Below are positions 1-9,211 of a stretch of DNA of 51,968 bases, one piece after another (the first letter of the stretch is position 1; each line of letters begins with the position of its first letter). Location of the stretch: the NCBI GenBank assembly GCA_947176585.1, contig CAMWRI010000001.1:1-51968 (forward strand), written 5' to 3'. A program made the position numbers and the translations under genes. Below the pieces are notes generated by a model. The model was not told where the DNA came from, searched no databases, and saw nothing but the letters and a program-made list of their open reading frames with translations. Origin of the DNA: an uncultured Porphyromonadaceae bacterium (lineage in GTDB: Bacteria; Bacteroidota; Bacteroidia; Bacteroidales; Muribaculaceae).

Positions 1-1308
1 GGCCACCTTCATGAAGCCGGCGATGTTGGCGCCCTTCATGTAGTTGATGTAGCCGTCGGGCTGCTTGCCGTATTTCACGCACTGCTCGTGGATATCGCGC
101 ATGATGGTGTGGAGTTTCTCGTCCACTTCCTCGGCGCTCCACTGCAGGTGCATGGCGTTCTGGCTCATTTCGAGGCCCGAGGTGGCCACGCCGCCGGCGT
201 TCACGGCCTTGCCGGGAGCGTAGGTGATGCGGGCTTCCAGGAAAGTGTCGATGGCTTCGGGGGTGCAACCCATGTTGCTCACCTCGGCCACGAGTTTCAC
301 GCCGTTGGCCACGAGCTGCTTGGCATCGTCGCCGTTCACCTCGTTCTGAGTTGCGCAGGGCAGGGCGATGTCTACCTTGCGCTCCCAGGGCTTGCGGCCG
401 GGGAAGAACTCGCTGCCGGGGAATTTCTCGGCGTAGGGTGCCACAACGTCGTTGCCGCTGGCGCGGAGTTCCAGCATATAGTCGATCTTCTCGGCGTCGA
501 GGCCGGCGGGATCGTAGATGTAGCCGTCGGGGCCGGAGATGGTCACCACCTTGGCTCCCAGTTCGGTGGCCTTGAGGGCTGCGCCCCATGCCACGTTGCC
601 GAATCCGGAGATGGCCACGGTCTTGCCGTTGATGGTCTCGCCTTTCTCCTTGAGGATGCTCTGCACGAAGTAGAGAGCGCCGAAGCCGGTGGCCTCGGGA
701 CGGATACGCGAACCGCCGAAGCTCAGGCCCTTGCCGGTGAAGGTGCCGTTGTGCTCGTTGACGAGGCGTTTGTACATGCCGTACATGTAGCCCACTTCAC
801 GGCCGCCCACACCGATATCGCCGGCGGGCACGTCGCGGTCGGGACCAAGGTTCTTCCACAGGCCCAGAATGAAGGCCTGGCAGAAGCGCATGATCTCGCG
901 GTCGCTCTTGCCGCGGGGCGAGAAGTCGCTGCCGCCCTTGGCGCCACCCATGGGCAGGGTGGTGAGAGCATTTTTGAATGTCTGCTCGAAGCCCAGGAAT
1001 TTCAGAATCGAGAGATTGACGGAGGCGTGGAAACGGATGCCGCCCTTGTACGGGCCGATGGCATTGTTGAACTGCACGCGGTAGCCTATGTTGTTCTGTA
1101 CTTCGCCCTTATCGTCGAGCCAGGTGACGCGGAAGGTCACGATGCGGTCGGGTTCGACCATGCGCTCAACGATTTTGTTGCGCTCAAATTCGGGGTGCTG
1201 GTTGTACACGTCCTGAACCGACATGAGCACTTCCTTTACAGCCTGGAGGTACTCTTTTTCGCCCGGATGCTTGGCTTCCAGGTCGGCCATGATTTTATTA
1301 ATATCCAT
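1..1308 (-). CDS. gdhA: Glutamate dehydrogenase, probably NADP-specific (3' end runs off the window)
   Basis: Not in the ORF track; translated by hand from the ATG at 1308: MDINKIMADLEAKHPGEKEYLQAV...GPYKGGIRFH...LPMGGAKGGSDF...RPEATGFG...SGFGNVAWG...GKAVNAGGVATS. The 88..1317 + ORF is its antisense shadow. Confidence 0.95.
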   Translation of the reverse strand, partial: MDINKIMADLEAKHPGEKEYLQAVKEVLMSVQDVYNQHPEFERNKIVERMVEPDRIVTFRVTWLDDKGEVQNNIGYRVQFNNAIGPYKGGIRFHASVNLSILKFLGFEQTFKNALTTLPMGGAKGGSDFSPRGKSDREIMRFCQAFILGLWKNLGPDRDVPAGDIGVGGREVGYMYGMYKRLVNEHNGTFTGKGLSFGGSRIRPEATGFGALYFVQSILKEKGETINGKTVAISGFGNVAWGAALKATELGAKVVTISGPDGYIYDPAGLDAEKIDYMLELRASGNDVVAPYAEKFPGSEFFPGRKPWERKVDIALPCATQNEVNGDDAKQLVANGVKLVAEVSNMGCTPEAIDTFLEARITYAPGKAVNAGGVATSGLEMSQNAMHLQWSAEEVDEKLHTIMRDIHEQCVKYGKQPDGYINYMKGANIAGFMKVA

Positions 1309-1348
1309 GAGATATAATTTGGTATAGATGTAAGTAGTTTCTACACCG

Positions 1349-1356
1349 CAAAAATA
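1349..1356 (-). promoter_or_regulatory. Bacteroidetes -7 promoter element for gdhA
   Basis: TATTTTTG matches TAnnTTTG, 40 bp upstream of the ATG in an AT-rich spacer. Confidence 0.6.
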
Positions 1357-1391
1357 GCAAAAGAAAATGAAATAGCCGCCGGTTTCGTGGA

Positions 1392-1904
1392 TTAATTTGC
1401 GCGATTGGCAGCGATTAGGCTCGGGATGGAGTCGACGGGAGGGTTGTGGGCGAGGATGCGGCCGTCGGGGGCGATGAGCAGGGTTCCGTACCTGCCTGGG
1501 CGCAGGCTGTAGTCGCGCAGCAGGCGCTTGGTCCGGCTTTCGGATATGCGGAACTGCAGCTCCTGATTGAGTCCGTCGCGTTTCACGATTTCATGAAAGA
1601 GGGTCTCGTTTTTGTCGAGGTTGAAAGAGAGTAATCCCACGTCCCGGGCCTCGCGGCGCTCCACCCATGAGGTGTAGCGGCCCACTGCTTCGCGGGAGGG
1701 GGCGTTGGTGGCTGCCCAGAAGCACAGCAGCACGTATTTGCCGCGCAGGGCCTTGAGGGCATCGCCCGGCTCGCTGTCGAAGCTGAGAGCCGGGGCTATG
1801 TCGCCGACGCGCGTGCGGGGATGACCGTCGCGGTAGGCAACAGACACTATGAGCACGCTCACGAATATCGCCGCCAGAAATAATGTGCGCTTTATACGTT
1901 TCAT
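1392..1904 (-). CDS. AhpC/TSA (TlpA-like) thioredoxin-fold protein lacking CXXC
   Basis: N-terminal hydrophobic anchor, GDIAP, LRGKYVLLCFWAATNAPSR, LLIAPDGRILA; no CXXC. Confidence 0.8.
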   Translation of the reverse strand: MKRIKRTLFLAAIFVSVLIVSVAYRDGHPRTRVGDIAPALSFDSEPGDALKALRGKYVLLCFWAATNAPSREAVGRYTSWVERREARDVGLLSFNLDKNETLFHEIVKRDGLNQELQFRISESRTKRLLRDYSLRPGRYGTLLIAPDGRILAHNPPVDSIPSLIAANRAN

Positions 1905-1946
1905 GTTATATTAACGATTGGCGCACTCGGGCCGTTCAAAATGCAC

Positions 1947-2016
1947 AAAAAAAAGAGTTGTTTCACAACAACTCTTTCCAGACCTTTATCCTTAATCTAA
2001 TACTATAAAAAACACA
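1947..2016 (-). ncRNA. Candidate ~70-nt sRNA or terminating leader
   Basis: TAACTTTG at 2028-2021, then a U-rich tract TTTTTTATAGTATTAGATTAAGGATAAAGG, then a 10-bp hairpin (1952-1961/1968-1977) ending in a U run. Confidence 0.6.
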
Positions 2017-2106
2017 CGTGCAAAGTTAGTGCTTTTTTCGGATATGCAATAGGTTTTGCAAAGAAAATTCGCAAAAATGACAAAAATTTTAGTGAAAAAA
2101 CATTAA

Positions 2107-2134
2107 AATTCCCGGCGACATTATGCCGGGAATT
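2107..2134 (-). terminator. Intrinsic terminator downstream of pdxB
   Basis: AATTCCCGGC-N8-GCCGGGAATT perfect 10-bp inverted repeat, about 90 bp after the pdxB stop. Confidence 0.65.
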
Positions 2135-2226
2135 GCTTCAATCGCTTATGGATTATAAATTTAGACGTTTTTTGATACTATTTTGACTTTGGCGGGTGTA
2201 TGGCAAAATAGTACCATTAGGAGGGC

Positions 2227-3246
2227 TCAGTGCAGCTCGTCGCGCAGGTGATAATTATTGCGCAGCCACTCGAAGTTTTCGGGGCATGCCTTGAGTGCCG
2301 GAGTGTCGGCCTCAAGGGGGTTGTAGGAGGCGGCCACGGCTGCGGCAGTCACTGCATCGGGCACCGGAGCCGGGGCTGTTTCGGCCAGGGCGACGGGGGG
2401 CAGGCCGAAGTGGGTGGTGAGAGCATCGAGAGACATCTGCGAGGCGCGCCATTTGCCCTGTCGAGAGTAGCCGGCGATATGGGGTGTGGCCACAGTTGCG
2501 CGTTCGAGCAGTTCGCGGGATATTAGCGGTTCGCCTTCCCAGCAGTCTATCACGGCTGCGCCAGTGAGGCCTCTGTCGATGGCTGCTATGAGGGCCGGAG
2601 TGTCCACCACCGGGCCGCGTGCGGCGTTGATCACGATAGGGTGTTGCCGGAGCTTGGAGAAGAAGTGCTCTCCGGCCATGTGCAGGGTGGCATCCGTACC
2701 GTCGGTGGTGAGTGGCGTGTGGAAGGAGATCACATGGGCCTCGCTTGCGATCTCGTCGAGGCTGCTCCACTGCGTTCCACCCTCGGCCCGGCTGCGCGGG
2801 GGGTCGCACAGCATCACGCGCATTCCCAGCGAGCGGGCCCATCGCTCTACGATTCGGCCCACGTGGCCCACACCCACGATACCTATACACAATTCGTGCA
2901 TAGGCCGGGTGGCGAGCGCAGCCACGGAGCCCAGCACGTACTGGGCCACGGCGGGTGCGTTGCATCCCGGAGCGTTTGCCACGGTGATGCCGCGGGAAAC
3001 GCACCAGGGCAGGTCGATATGGTCGGTGCCTATGGTGGCGGTGGCCACGAAGCTGCAACGCGAGCCTTCGAGCAGGCGTGCGTCGCAGCGGGTGCGGGTG
3101 CGCACAATCATGGCATCGGCATCGGCCACTGCATGCGGGGTGATATTGTCCGGGTCGAGATATTCCACCGTGGCATGGGGCTCGAGCAGCCCGCGCAGGT
3201 AGGGCACCTTGCTTTCCACGATTATTTTCAATCCACCATTGTCCAT
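2227..3246 (-). CDS. pdxB: Erythronate-4-phosphate dehydrogenase
   Basis: True start MDNGGLKIIVESKVPY inside the 633-aa track ORF. Motifs VRTRT, TATIGTDHID, NAPGCNA, GIVGVGHVG, HTPL, INAARG, TPHIAGYS. Confidence 0.92.
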   Translation of the reverse strand: MDNGGLKIIVESKVPYLRGLLEPHATVEYLDPDNITPHAVADADAMIVRTRTRCDARLLEGSRCSFVATATIGTDHIDLPWCVSRGITVANAPGCNAPAVAQYVLGSVAALATRPMHELCIGIVGVGHVGRIVERWARSLGMRVMLCDPPRSRAEGGTQWSSLDEIASEAHVISFHTPLTTDGTDATLHMAGEHFFSKLRQHPIVINAARGPVVDTPALIAAIDRGLTGAAVIDCWEGEPLISRELLERATVATPHIAGYSRQGKWRASQMSLDALTTHFGLPPVALAETAPAPVPDAVTAAAVAASYNPLEADTPALKACPENFEWLRNNYHLRDELH

Positions 3247-4205
3247 ATATATAATGATATATACACAGTGATAAGTCCTGCGATGCCCATCCAGGAGCGG
3301 CCGGAGCGGTGGATCACGAAGAACTGGGCGGCCTGAAGCGCCGCGCACACATTCATGAGCGGAATGTAGCACGCCACGTTGTTGTAGTCGATGGCCATGG
3401 CCAGTATGGTGATGAAGCCGGTGAGCACGATCATGCCGTTGTAGCTGCGCGAGCGGGCGTTGTAGGCAATTGTGCGGAAAAAGTCGAGCGCTACGGAGGC
3501 GGTGAACACCACGGCCGCTGTCACAACAGCGGTGCCCAGCTGCATGCCTTCGCTGAAATCTATATAGCTCAGGAGTTTCACGGGCTCGGGCACGCGTATG
3601 TCGGCGGGATGCACGATACCGAGCCCCAGCAGAAGCCACCACGGAGTGATGAGGCCTATGATAGCGGCCATGGCGGCGCGGGCGGTCATTATACGCATCT
3701 GCCAGCATCCCAGGAGCATGAGGGGGATATACACGGCATAGGCGTATTGTGTGGCCATACCGGCCGATAGCAGGAAGAACACCAGAAATATTTGCCGCCG
3801 CTTCTCGGGCTGGGCGTAGCTGCCGAACATCAGGCCGATGCATCCGCACACCACCAGCGCCAGCAGCGGGCCGGTGTAGAATCTGGCCGTGAGATGCGGC
3901 GTGGCGCATTGCATGGCGGCGAACAGCACCGCCGCCAGCATGGTCATGCTTCGCAGCAGGTTGTAGCGGTTGTTCAGTATTATCAGGGCAGCCATGATGG
4001 CCACATTGCAGGCCAGGGCTACCCAGGTGGATACATCGGCGTCGGCAATCCATCTGAAAGCAGGGGGCAGCGCAATGCCTCCGGCGTCGACCTGCAGCGG
4101 AGTGCTTCCGTCCACATGGGTGCTCCATGCGGCGGCTATCATCAGCGCCCCGGCGGGTAATGCCGCGTAGCGCGAGTGCAGGAATTTGGTGATCCTATCA
4201 GGCAT
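3228..4205 (-). CDS. Multi-pass membrane protein, conserved Bacteroidales type (DUF6427-like)
   Basis: About 9 hydrophobic segments; LNNRYNLLR and GLITPWW; overlaps both neighbouring genes. Confidence 0.7.
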   Translation of the reverse strand: MPDRITKFLHSRYAALPAGALMIAAAWSTHVDGSTPLQVDAGGIALPPAFRWIADADVSTWVALACNVAIMAALIILNNRYNLLRSMTMLAAVLFAAMQCATPHLTARFYTGPLLALVVCGCIGLMFGSYAQPEKRRQIFLVFFLLSAGMATQYAYAVYIPLMLLGCWQMRIMTARAAMAAIIGLITPWWLLLGLGIVHPADIRVPEPVKLLSYIDFSEGMQLGTAVVTAAVVFTASVALDFFRTIAYNARSRSYNGMIVLTGFITILAMAIDYNNVACYIPLMNVCAALQAAQFFVIHRSGRSWMGIAGLITVYISLYIWTMVD

Positions 4206-5655
4206 CGCCCTTCTTTTTCCAGCCGCGCTGGCGCATCACGGGGCCTTCGGCGGGCGGCAGGGAAGGCTTGCGGCCCACCAGCGAACGCAGGGCGCCGGGG
4301 TTGCGGCGCAGAGCCAGCGGGTTTTCCGACGGCGCTGTCTCGGGTGCGGTTTCAGCGGGCTTGCGGCCTGCAGGTTTGCGGCGGTCGGCGGCCCAGGGTT
4401 TCTTGCGGTCGCCTTCGCTGTCGGAGCGGCGGCGGGCGGCGGGAGCGGCGGCGCGTGCGGGGCCGTTTTTCAGCTTGCCTCCCTGCGCCAGAAATGTCTT
4501 TTTGTCGCCGTCGAATATCAGATACTGGCGCAGCTCGCAGTCGAGAGCGCCGTTGTAGAGCGCGATTTTCGAGCTCGCCGCCAGACCTATGTTGCGGAAA
4601 TGCTCGTCGCGGTAGCCTATGATCCACGCTTGCCAGCCTCCGAATTCGTGCTTGAGCGTGCGGCCTATCGAGGTGTAGAGGGCATCCATGTCGGGCGCAG
4701 AGATACGCTCGCCGTAGGGCGGGTTGGTCACGATGTAGCCGGGAGTGGCGGGTACCTCGGTAGCCGTCCACTTGGCGATGGGGCGCACGGCCAGCTCCAC
4801 ATAGCGGGCCACGCCGGCGCTCTTGAGATTGGCGCGGGCTATGTCGATGGCCTTGGGCGAGATGTCGGCGCCCACGATGGGCACCTCCACCACGCGCTCG
4901 CGGCTGTCGTCGTTGTAGATTTTTTCAAAGAGCTCAGCGTCGAAATCCGGCCACGCTTCGAAAGCGAAGCGCTTGCGGAACACTCCGGGAGCGATGCCGG
5001 CGGCTATCAGTGCGGCTTCGCACAGGAAGGTGCCGGAGCCGCACATGGGATCCACCAGAGGCACATCGCCCTTCCAGCCGCTGAGCATGATGATGCCGGC
5101 GGCGAGCACCTCGTTGATGGGCGCTTCGGTCTGTGCCACGCGGTAGCCGCGCTTGTGGAGGGACTCGCCACTGCTGTCGAGGCTCAGGGTCACGTCGGTC
5201 CCGGATATGTGCACGTTGATCATCACGTCGGCGTCGTGCAGGCGCACTCCGGGGCGCTTGTCCTCGCCGTAGCGGTCCTTGAACCAGTCCACGATGGCAT
5301 CCTTGATGCGGTAGGTCACGAAACGCGAGTGTGAGAACTCGTCGCTGTAGGCCACGGTATCGATGCTGAAAGTCTTGCTAAGCGAGAGGATGGTGCTCCA
5401 GTCGTAGGCCTTGGCCTTCTCGTAGAGCTCGTCGGCATCACGGGCCGTGAACTTGAAGAATGGCTTGAGAATGCGCAATGCCGTGCGGCAGCAGAAGTTG
5501 GCACGGTACAGCAGCTCGCGGTCGCCGCTGAAAGCCACCATACGGCGTCCTATGTTGATATCGGCTGCACCCAGGCCGCGCAGCTCTTCGGCCAGCACTT
5601 CTTCCAGACCCTGGAAGGTCTTGGCCACCATTTCAAATGTTTCGTTGGGGTTCAT
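4198..5655 (-). CDS. rlmL: THUMP-domain rRNA m2G methyltransferase (RlmL/YpsC-like)
   Basis: AKTFQGLEEVLAEEL, SLDSSGESLHKRGYR, APINEVLAAG, DPMCGSGT, TNPPYGER; basic low-complexity C-terminal tail. Confidence 0.88.
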   Translation of the reverse strand: MNPNETFEMVAKTFQGLEEVLAEELRGLGAADINIGRRMVAFSGDRELLYRANFCCRTALRILKPFFKFTARDADELYEKAKAYDWSTILSLSKTFSIDTVAYSDEFSHSRFVTYRIKDAIVDWFKDRYGEDKRPGVRLHDADVMINVHISGTDVTLSLDSSGESLHKRGYRVAQTEAPINEVLAAGIIMLSGWKGDVPLVDPMCGSGTFLCEAALIAAGIAPGVFRKRFAFEAWPDFDAELFEKIYNDDSRERVVEVPIVGADISPKAIDIARANLKSAGVARYVELAVRPIAKWTATEVPATPGYIVTNPPYGERISAPDMDALYTSIGRTLKHEFGGWQAWIIGYRDEHFRNIGLAASSKIALYNGALDCELRQYLIFDGDKKTFLAQGGKLKNGPARAAAPAARRRSDSEGDRKKPWAADRRKPAGRKPAETAPETAPSENPLALRRNPGALRSLVGRKPSLPPAEGPVMRQRGWKKKGDA

Positions 5656-5659
5656 GCTG

Positions 5660-5667
5660 CAAAATTA
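5660..5667 (-). promoter_or_regulatory. -7 promoter element 4 nt before the rlmL ATG (probably leaderless mRNA)
   Basis: Minus strand reads TAATTTTG-CAGC-ATG. Confidence 0.65.
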
Positions 5668-5712
5668 ACGATAATTTTTGATTGCAGCCGAAAAGAGCGA
5701 CGGAAAATTCGC

Positions 5713-6270
5713 TCAGAATCTCACGTCGAAGTGCTCGCTGGGCACAGTGTGGAGCCCCACGAATACCACGGCGCCGGCGCCGTTGGCGAAAGTGTGGCCG
5801 TAGGGCAGCGCTTTAAGCTGCCGCAGCAGCCACTTGTCGCTGTCGCTCACGAAGGCCGGAAAGTAGATTGTTGCTCCCTTGCGGGCAGCTTTCAGTGCCT
5901 CGCGGGCTTCGTGCGGCTCTCCGTTGCACATCGCGATCAGGCCCGCGTCGGCCACCGTGCGGGGCCAAAACGAGGCGTTGGGGCATGTCGCGGAAGCTAT
6001 CGACTGCAGGCAGTCGCGCGGCGATGCGGGAACGCACACAGCAATGGCCGCGGGAGAGCAGCGGGCGCAGAGCCGCAGCCAGAGCCGCAGGCTTTTTTCG
6101 CCGCCCATGGGCCATTCGTCGCCCAACCTGCGGGTAAGCTCATATCCGTAGTATGGCAGCCGTTCGCACAGCACCTCGCGGATGAAGCGGTAGGCCGACG
6201 GGGAGTGCACTCCGAAACCGCGGCTGTGGCGCAGGCGACGCCACCATCCGGGCTGCGGAACGGAACTCAT
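5713..6270 (-). CDS. Conserved hypothetical protein
   Basis: Start MSSVPQPGWW overlaps the YfhO stop (ATGA); N-terminal RHSRGFGVHSPSAYRFIREVL motif. Confidence 0.65.
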   Translation of the reverse strand: MSSVPQPGWWRRLRHSRGFGVHSPSAYRFIREVLCERLPYYGYELTRRLGDEWPMGGEKSLRLWLRLCARCSPAAIAVCVPASPRDCLQSIASATCPNASFWPRTVADAGLIAMCNGEPHEAREALKAARKGATIYFPAFVSDSDKWLLRQLKALPYGHTFANGAGAVVFVGLHTVPSEHFDVRF

Positions 6271-8942
6271 CGCTTGGCCTCCCTGCCGTCCGGCTCGCGG
6301 CGCACGATAGCAAGGAACAGAGCTCCCAGCACGAGCAGGTAGATGAGACTCACGCATGCGTAGGCCACAGCTGCCGAGGTGTGGATGGAATCGGGGTCGA
6401 AGGTCATCACCACATCATGTGTGCCCGCGGGCAGATGCATGGCGCGGAGCACATAATTCACGCGGGCCAGTTGTTCGGGTTCGCCGTCGATTGTGGCTTT
6501 CCATCCCCAGGGGAAGTACACCTCCGAGAACACGCCCGTGCCGCCGTTGCGCGTGGTGGCGCGGTATTCTATGCGGTTGGGGGTGTAGCTCACGAGCTCG
6601 ATGGTGTCGCCGGGCTCGAGCGACGGACACCCGGTGCCAAGCACAGGCTCGAAGCGGCGGTCGGCCACGGCGCGGTGGTGCACGTCGGTGGTGGATAGCG
6701 TCGCCATCTCGGCATCTGCGCCGTCCACATAATCCACGCCGTCCACGAGCCACGCGGGACCCATGGCCGAGGTGTTCACCACCACGGGAGCCTCCTTGTC
6801 GCCGGTGATGATATAGCGTGCGTTGAGCATGTCGAGCACGCCGTAGGAGGCGGCTATGGCGTCGGCCACACGACGCTCCTCGCCCTCATAGAGGCTGCGC
6901 ACGCTGTCGCTGCGCAGCGAGGGGTCGTAGCCGTAGTGCATCACCAGGTTGAGCTGCCGCTGAATCAGGTCCTCGAAGCGGTTGAGCTTTGCGGCATGGT
7001 AGCCGCCCACCATATGGTGGTGGTAGCTGCGTTGCGGACTGTTGAAGCCCGGTATGTCCATTACCCTGTAGGCGGGGTCGGTGTCCTGAAGGATGGCACG
7101 GTCGATTGCATCGGGTTCGAAAGGATCGGCGGCTGCTACCTCGGGAGTGCAGAAACTGCTGTGGCTCACGTAGCGCTTGTCGGCTCCGTAGAGATCCACG
7201 AGCACCGCGCCGGCCAGGAGCACTACTGTCGTGGCACGCTTGAGCGAGCCACGAAGCATCAGGGCGATGAGGGCGAAACCAATGACAAGGAATATGGCCG
7301 AGCGCATCGCATCATCGCGCACCATTCCGTAGCGCAGCCCCTCGACGGCTTCGGCCACGACGGGGTTCGACAGCGAATATGCGAAGGCCGATTCCTGAAT
7401 TTCGGCCGGCGAGGCGCCATATTGCTGCCCCATCTGTATCACCTGCTGCTGGATGGCCTGCGATGTGGCCTGGTCCTGCGACGTGATGGCCGAGCCGAAG
7501 ATGCCGGGCACGAGCAGTGCCGCCAGGCATAGCACCAGAGGCACGCCGAAGGCTATCCCCAGCGGCTTCATCATGCGCTTGCGCTCCTCGGCCGAAGCGT
7601 TGAGCAACTTGGTGAGTCCCATCACACCCAATACGGGCATGGCGAATTCGGCCACCACCAGGATGCTTTCGACCGCACGGAACTTATTGTAGAGCGGGAA
7701 GTGATATATCATGAAATCCGTGAGCCACGCGCAGTTGCGTCCCAATGCCAGCAGTATCGAAAGCAACGTCACGCTCAGGAGCGCCCATTTCAGGGCACCC
7801 CGTACCACGATGCAGCCCAGCAGGAAGAGGGCACATACGATGGCACCCACGTAGACGGGGCCGTTAGTGCCCTCCGAATCGTTGAAATATTGCGGCAGAT
7901 AGCTCAGCAACTGGCCCGTGGGCTGCCCTTGATACCTGGCAGCTTCGGGCAGCTTGTCGAGGCCGGTGTAGACCATCTGGCCGCCTTCGGGGCGAGCGGA
8001 GGCACCTCCCTTGATATTGGGCACCAGCAGCGAGAAGCTCTCGGCCCCGCCATAGCTCCAGCCCACGATCTGGTCGTAGGGCATGCCGCCGGTGGGCCGG
8101 GGTGCATCTGCGTCGGCTTCGGCGCTGTGCAGCGGAGTGAGCTCGCTCTGGCTGCGCTTGGTTTCCTTGGAGTACTCATAAGTGTTGTACAGGCTGGGCG
8201 CGTTGGCTCCCATGGCCAGCAGTCCGGCCCCTGCAACCACGGTCGTGGCCACCAGCCAGCGGCGCAGTTTGCCTTCTCGCCATGCAGTGTAGAGCGCGGC
8301 AAGCGCAACGGCCGCCATCACGAAGAAGAAATAATAGCTCATCTGCGGATGATTGGCCGCCAGCTGAAGCATGGCGAAAAGCGCCAGCATGGCCCCTCCG
8401 GCCACGTAACGCCCGCGGTACAGCAGCATCAGGCCGCCTATCGTGGGCGGCACATAGCTCAACGCCATAAACTTCCAGATGTGGCCCGCACCTATGATAA
8501 TCACGAAATAGCTTGAGAAGCCCCACGCGATAGCGCCGAGTAGAGCCACATACCATCGCATGCCCATCACGTAGAGTAGGATGAGCATTCCCAGCATCAT
8601 CATGAACAGCAGATTGCTGGGCTGCGGCAGCCACAGCCCGTACACATCGTTCAGCCACTCGAAAAGAGCGTTGGACGGGTAGCTGGGCGATATCTGAAAC
8701 GTGGGCATACCGCCAAATAGCGAATTAGTCCATAATGCCTTCTCGCCCGTGGCCTCGTAGTAGGCCTGTGTCTCATGACCGTTGGCCAGGCCCTGCTGCA
8801 TATCGGCCTGCCGCAGGCTTCCTCCGTCCACGTTGTCGGGGTAGAAGAAAGCCACTGATATCAAGGCCATAACGGCCACCGAAACAAAAAAGCCCCACAC
8901 TTGCGAGTTGCGGGCGCTTGCTGCTACATCTTTAATAGTCAT
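6267..8942 (-). CDS. YfhO-family membrane protein (GT-C-like glycosyltransferase)
   Basis: 891 aa polytopic protein; WTNSLFGGMP, GPVYVGA, PLYNKFRA, GGYHAAKL, FSEVYFPWGW, RVNYVLRAM. Confidence 0.88.
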   Translation of the reverse strand: MTIKDVAASARNSQVWGFFVSVAVMALISVAFFYPDNVDGGSLRQADMQQGLANGHETQAYYEATGEKALWTNSLFGGMPTFQISPSYPSNALFEWLNDVYGLWLPQPSNLLFMMMLGMLILLYVMGMRWYVALLGAIAWGFSSYFVIIIGAGHIWKFMALSYVPPTIGGLMLLYRGRYVAGGAMLALFAMLQLAANHPQMSYYFFFVMAAVALAALYTAWREGKLRRWLVATTVVAGAGLLAMGANAPSLYNTYEYSKETKRSQSELTPLHSAEADADAPRPTGGMPYDQIVGWSYGGAESFSLLVPNIKGGASARPEGGQMVYTGLDKLPEAARYQGQPTGQLLSYLPQYFNDSEGTNGPVYVGAIVCALFLLGCIVVRGALKWALLSVTLLSILLALGRNCAWLTDFMIYHFPLYNKFRAVESILVVAEFAMPVLGVMGLTKLLNASAEERKRMMKPLGIAFGVPLVLCLAALLVPGIFGSAITSQDQATSQAIQQQVIQMGQQYGASPAEIQESAFAYSLSNPVVAEAVEGLRYGMVRDDAMRSAIFLVIGFALIALMLRGSLKRATTVVLLAGAVLVDLYGADKRYVSHSSFCTPEVAAADPFEPDAIDRAILQDTDPAYRVMDIPGFNSPQRSYHHHMVGGYHAAKLNRFEDLIQRQLNLVMHYGYDPSLRSDSVRSLYEGEERRVADAIAASYGVLDMLNARYIITGDKEAPVVVNTSAMGPAWLVDGVDYVDGADAEMATLSTTDVHHRAVADRRFEPVLGTGCPSLEPGDTIELVSYTPNRIEYRATTRNGGTGVFSEVYFPWGWKATIDGEPEQLARVNYVLRAMHLPAGTHDVVMTFDPDSIHTSAAVAYACVSLIYLLVLGALFLAIVRREPDGREAKR

Positions 8943-8961
8943 CGGTTTATGTGTTGTTTTG

Positions 8962-9033
8962 TACCCCGGAGCAGAATCGAACTGCTATCAAAAGTTTAGG
9001 AAACTTCTATTCTATCCGTTGAACTACCGGGGC
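8962..9033 (-). tRNA. tRNA-Arg(CCU)
   Basis: GCCCCGGTAGTTCAACGGATAGAATAGAAGTTTCCTAAACTTTTGATAGCAGTTCGATTCTGCTCCGGGGTA: acceptor stem, CCT anticodon, GTTCGATTC T-loop; CCA not encoded. Confidence 0.95.
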
Positions 9034-9052
9034 TTGAGCATAATTGCGACTG

Positions 9053-9060
9053 CAAACTTA
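9053..9060 (-). promoter_or_regulatory. -7 promoter element for tRNA-Arg (and probably yfhO)
   Basis: TAAGTTTG 19 nt upstream of the tRNA 5' end. Confidence 0.65.
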
Positions 9061-9136
9061 GCAAAAAAACGCCACATATCCCATCACTCCCCTCAAAAAA
9101 ATGCGCACCCGCAAATGAAAAGATTCCGCCTATTTC

Positions 9137-9181
9137 AAATAAAGATGCGGATGCTTCGCACGGTGGCGTCGCACCCGCATC
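9137..9181 (-). terminator. Intrinsic terminator of the PEGA-like gene pair
   Basis: Minus strand: GATGCGGGTGC...GCATCCGCATC followed by TTTATTT. Confidence 0.65.
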
Positions 9182-9211
9182 GGGGTTGGTGGTGGTTTAG
9201 GTGTATTAGAT

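Noticed and set aside
88-1317. 409-aa + strand ORF
   Set aside because: Antisense shadow of gdhA; the minus frame carries all the GDH motifs.
3247-4128. Apparent 290-aa N-terminal extension or fusion on PdxB
   Set aside because: Arg/His-rich off-frame read of the membrane-protein gene; PdxB similarity starts at 3246.
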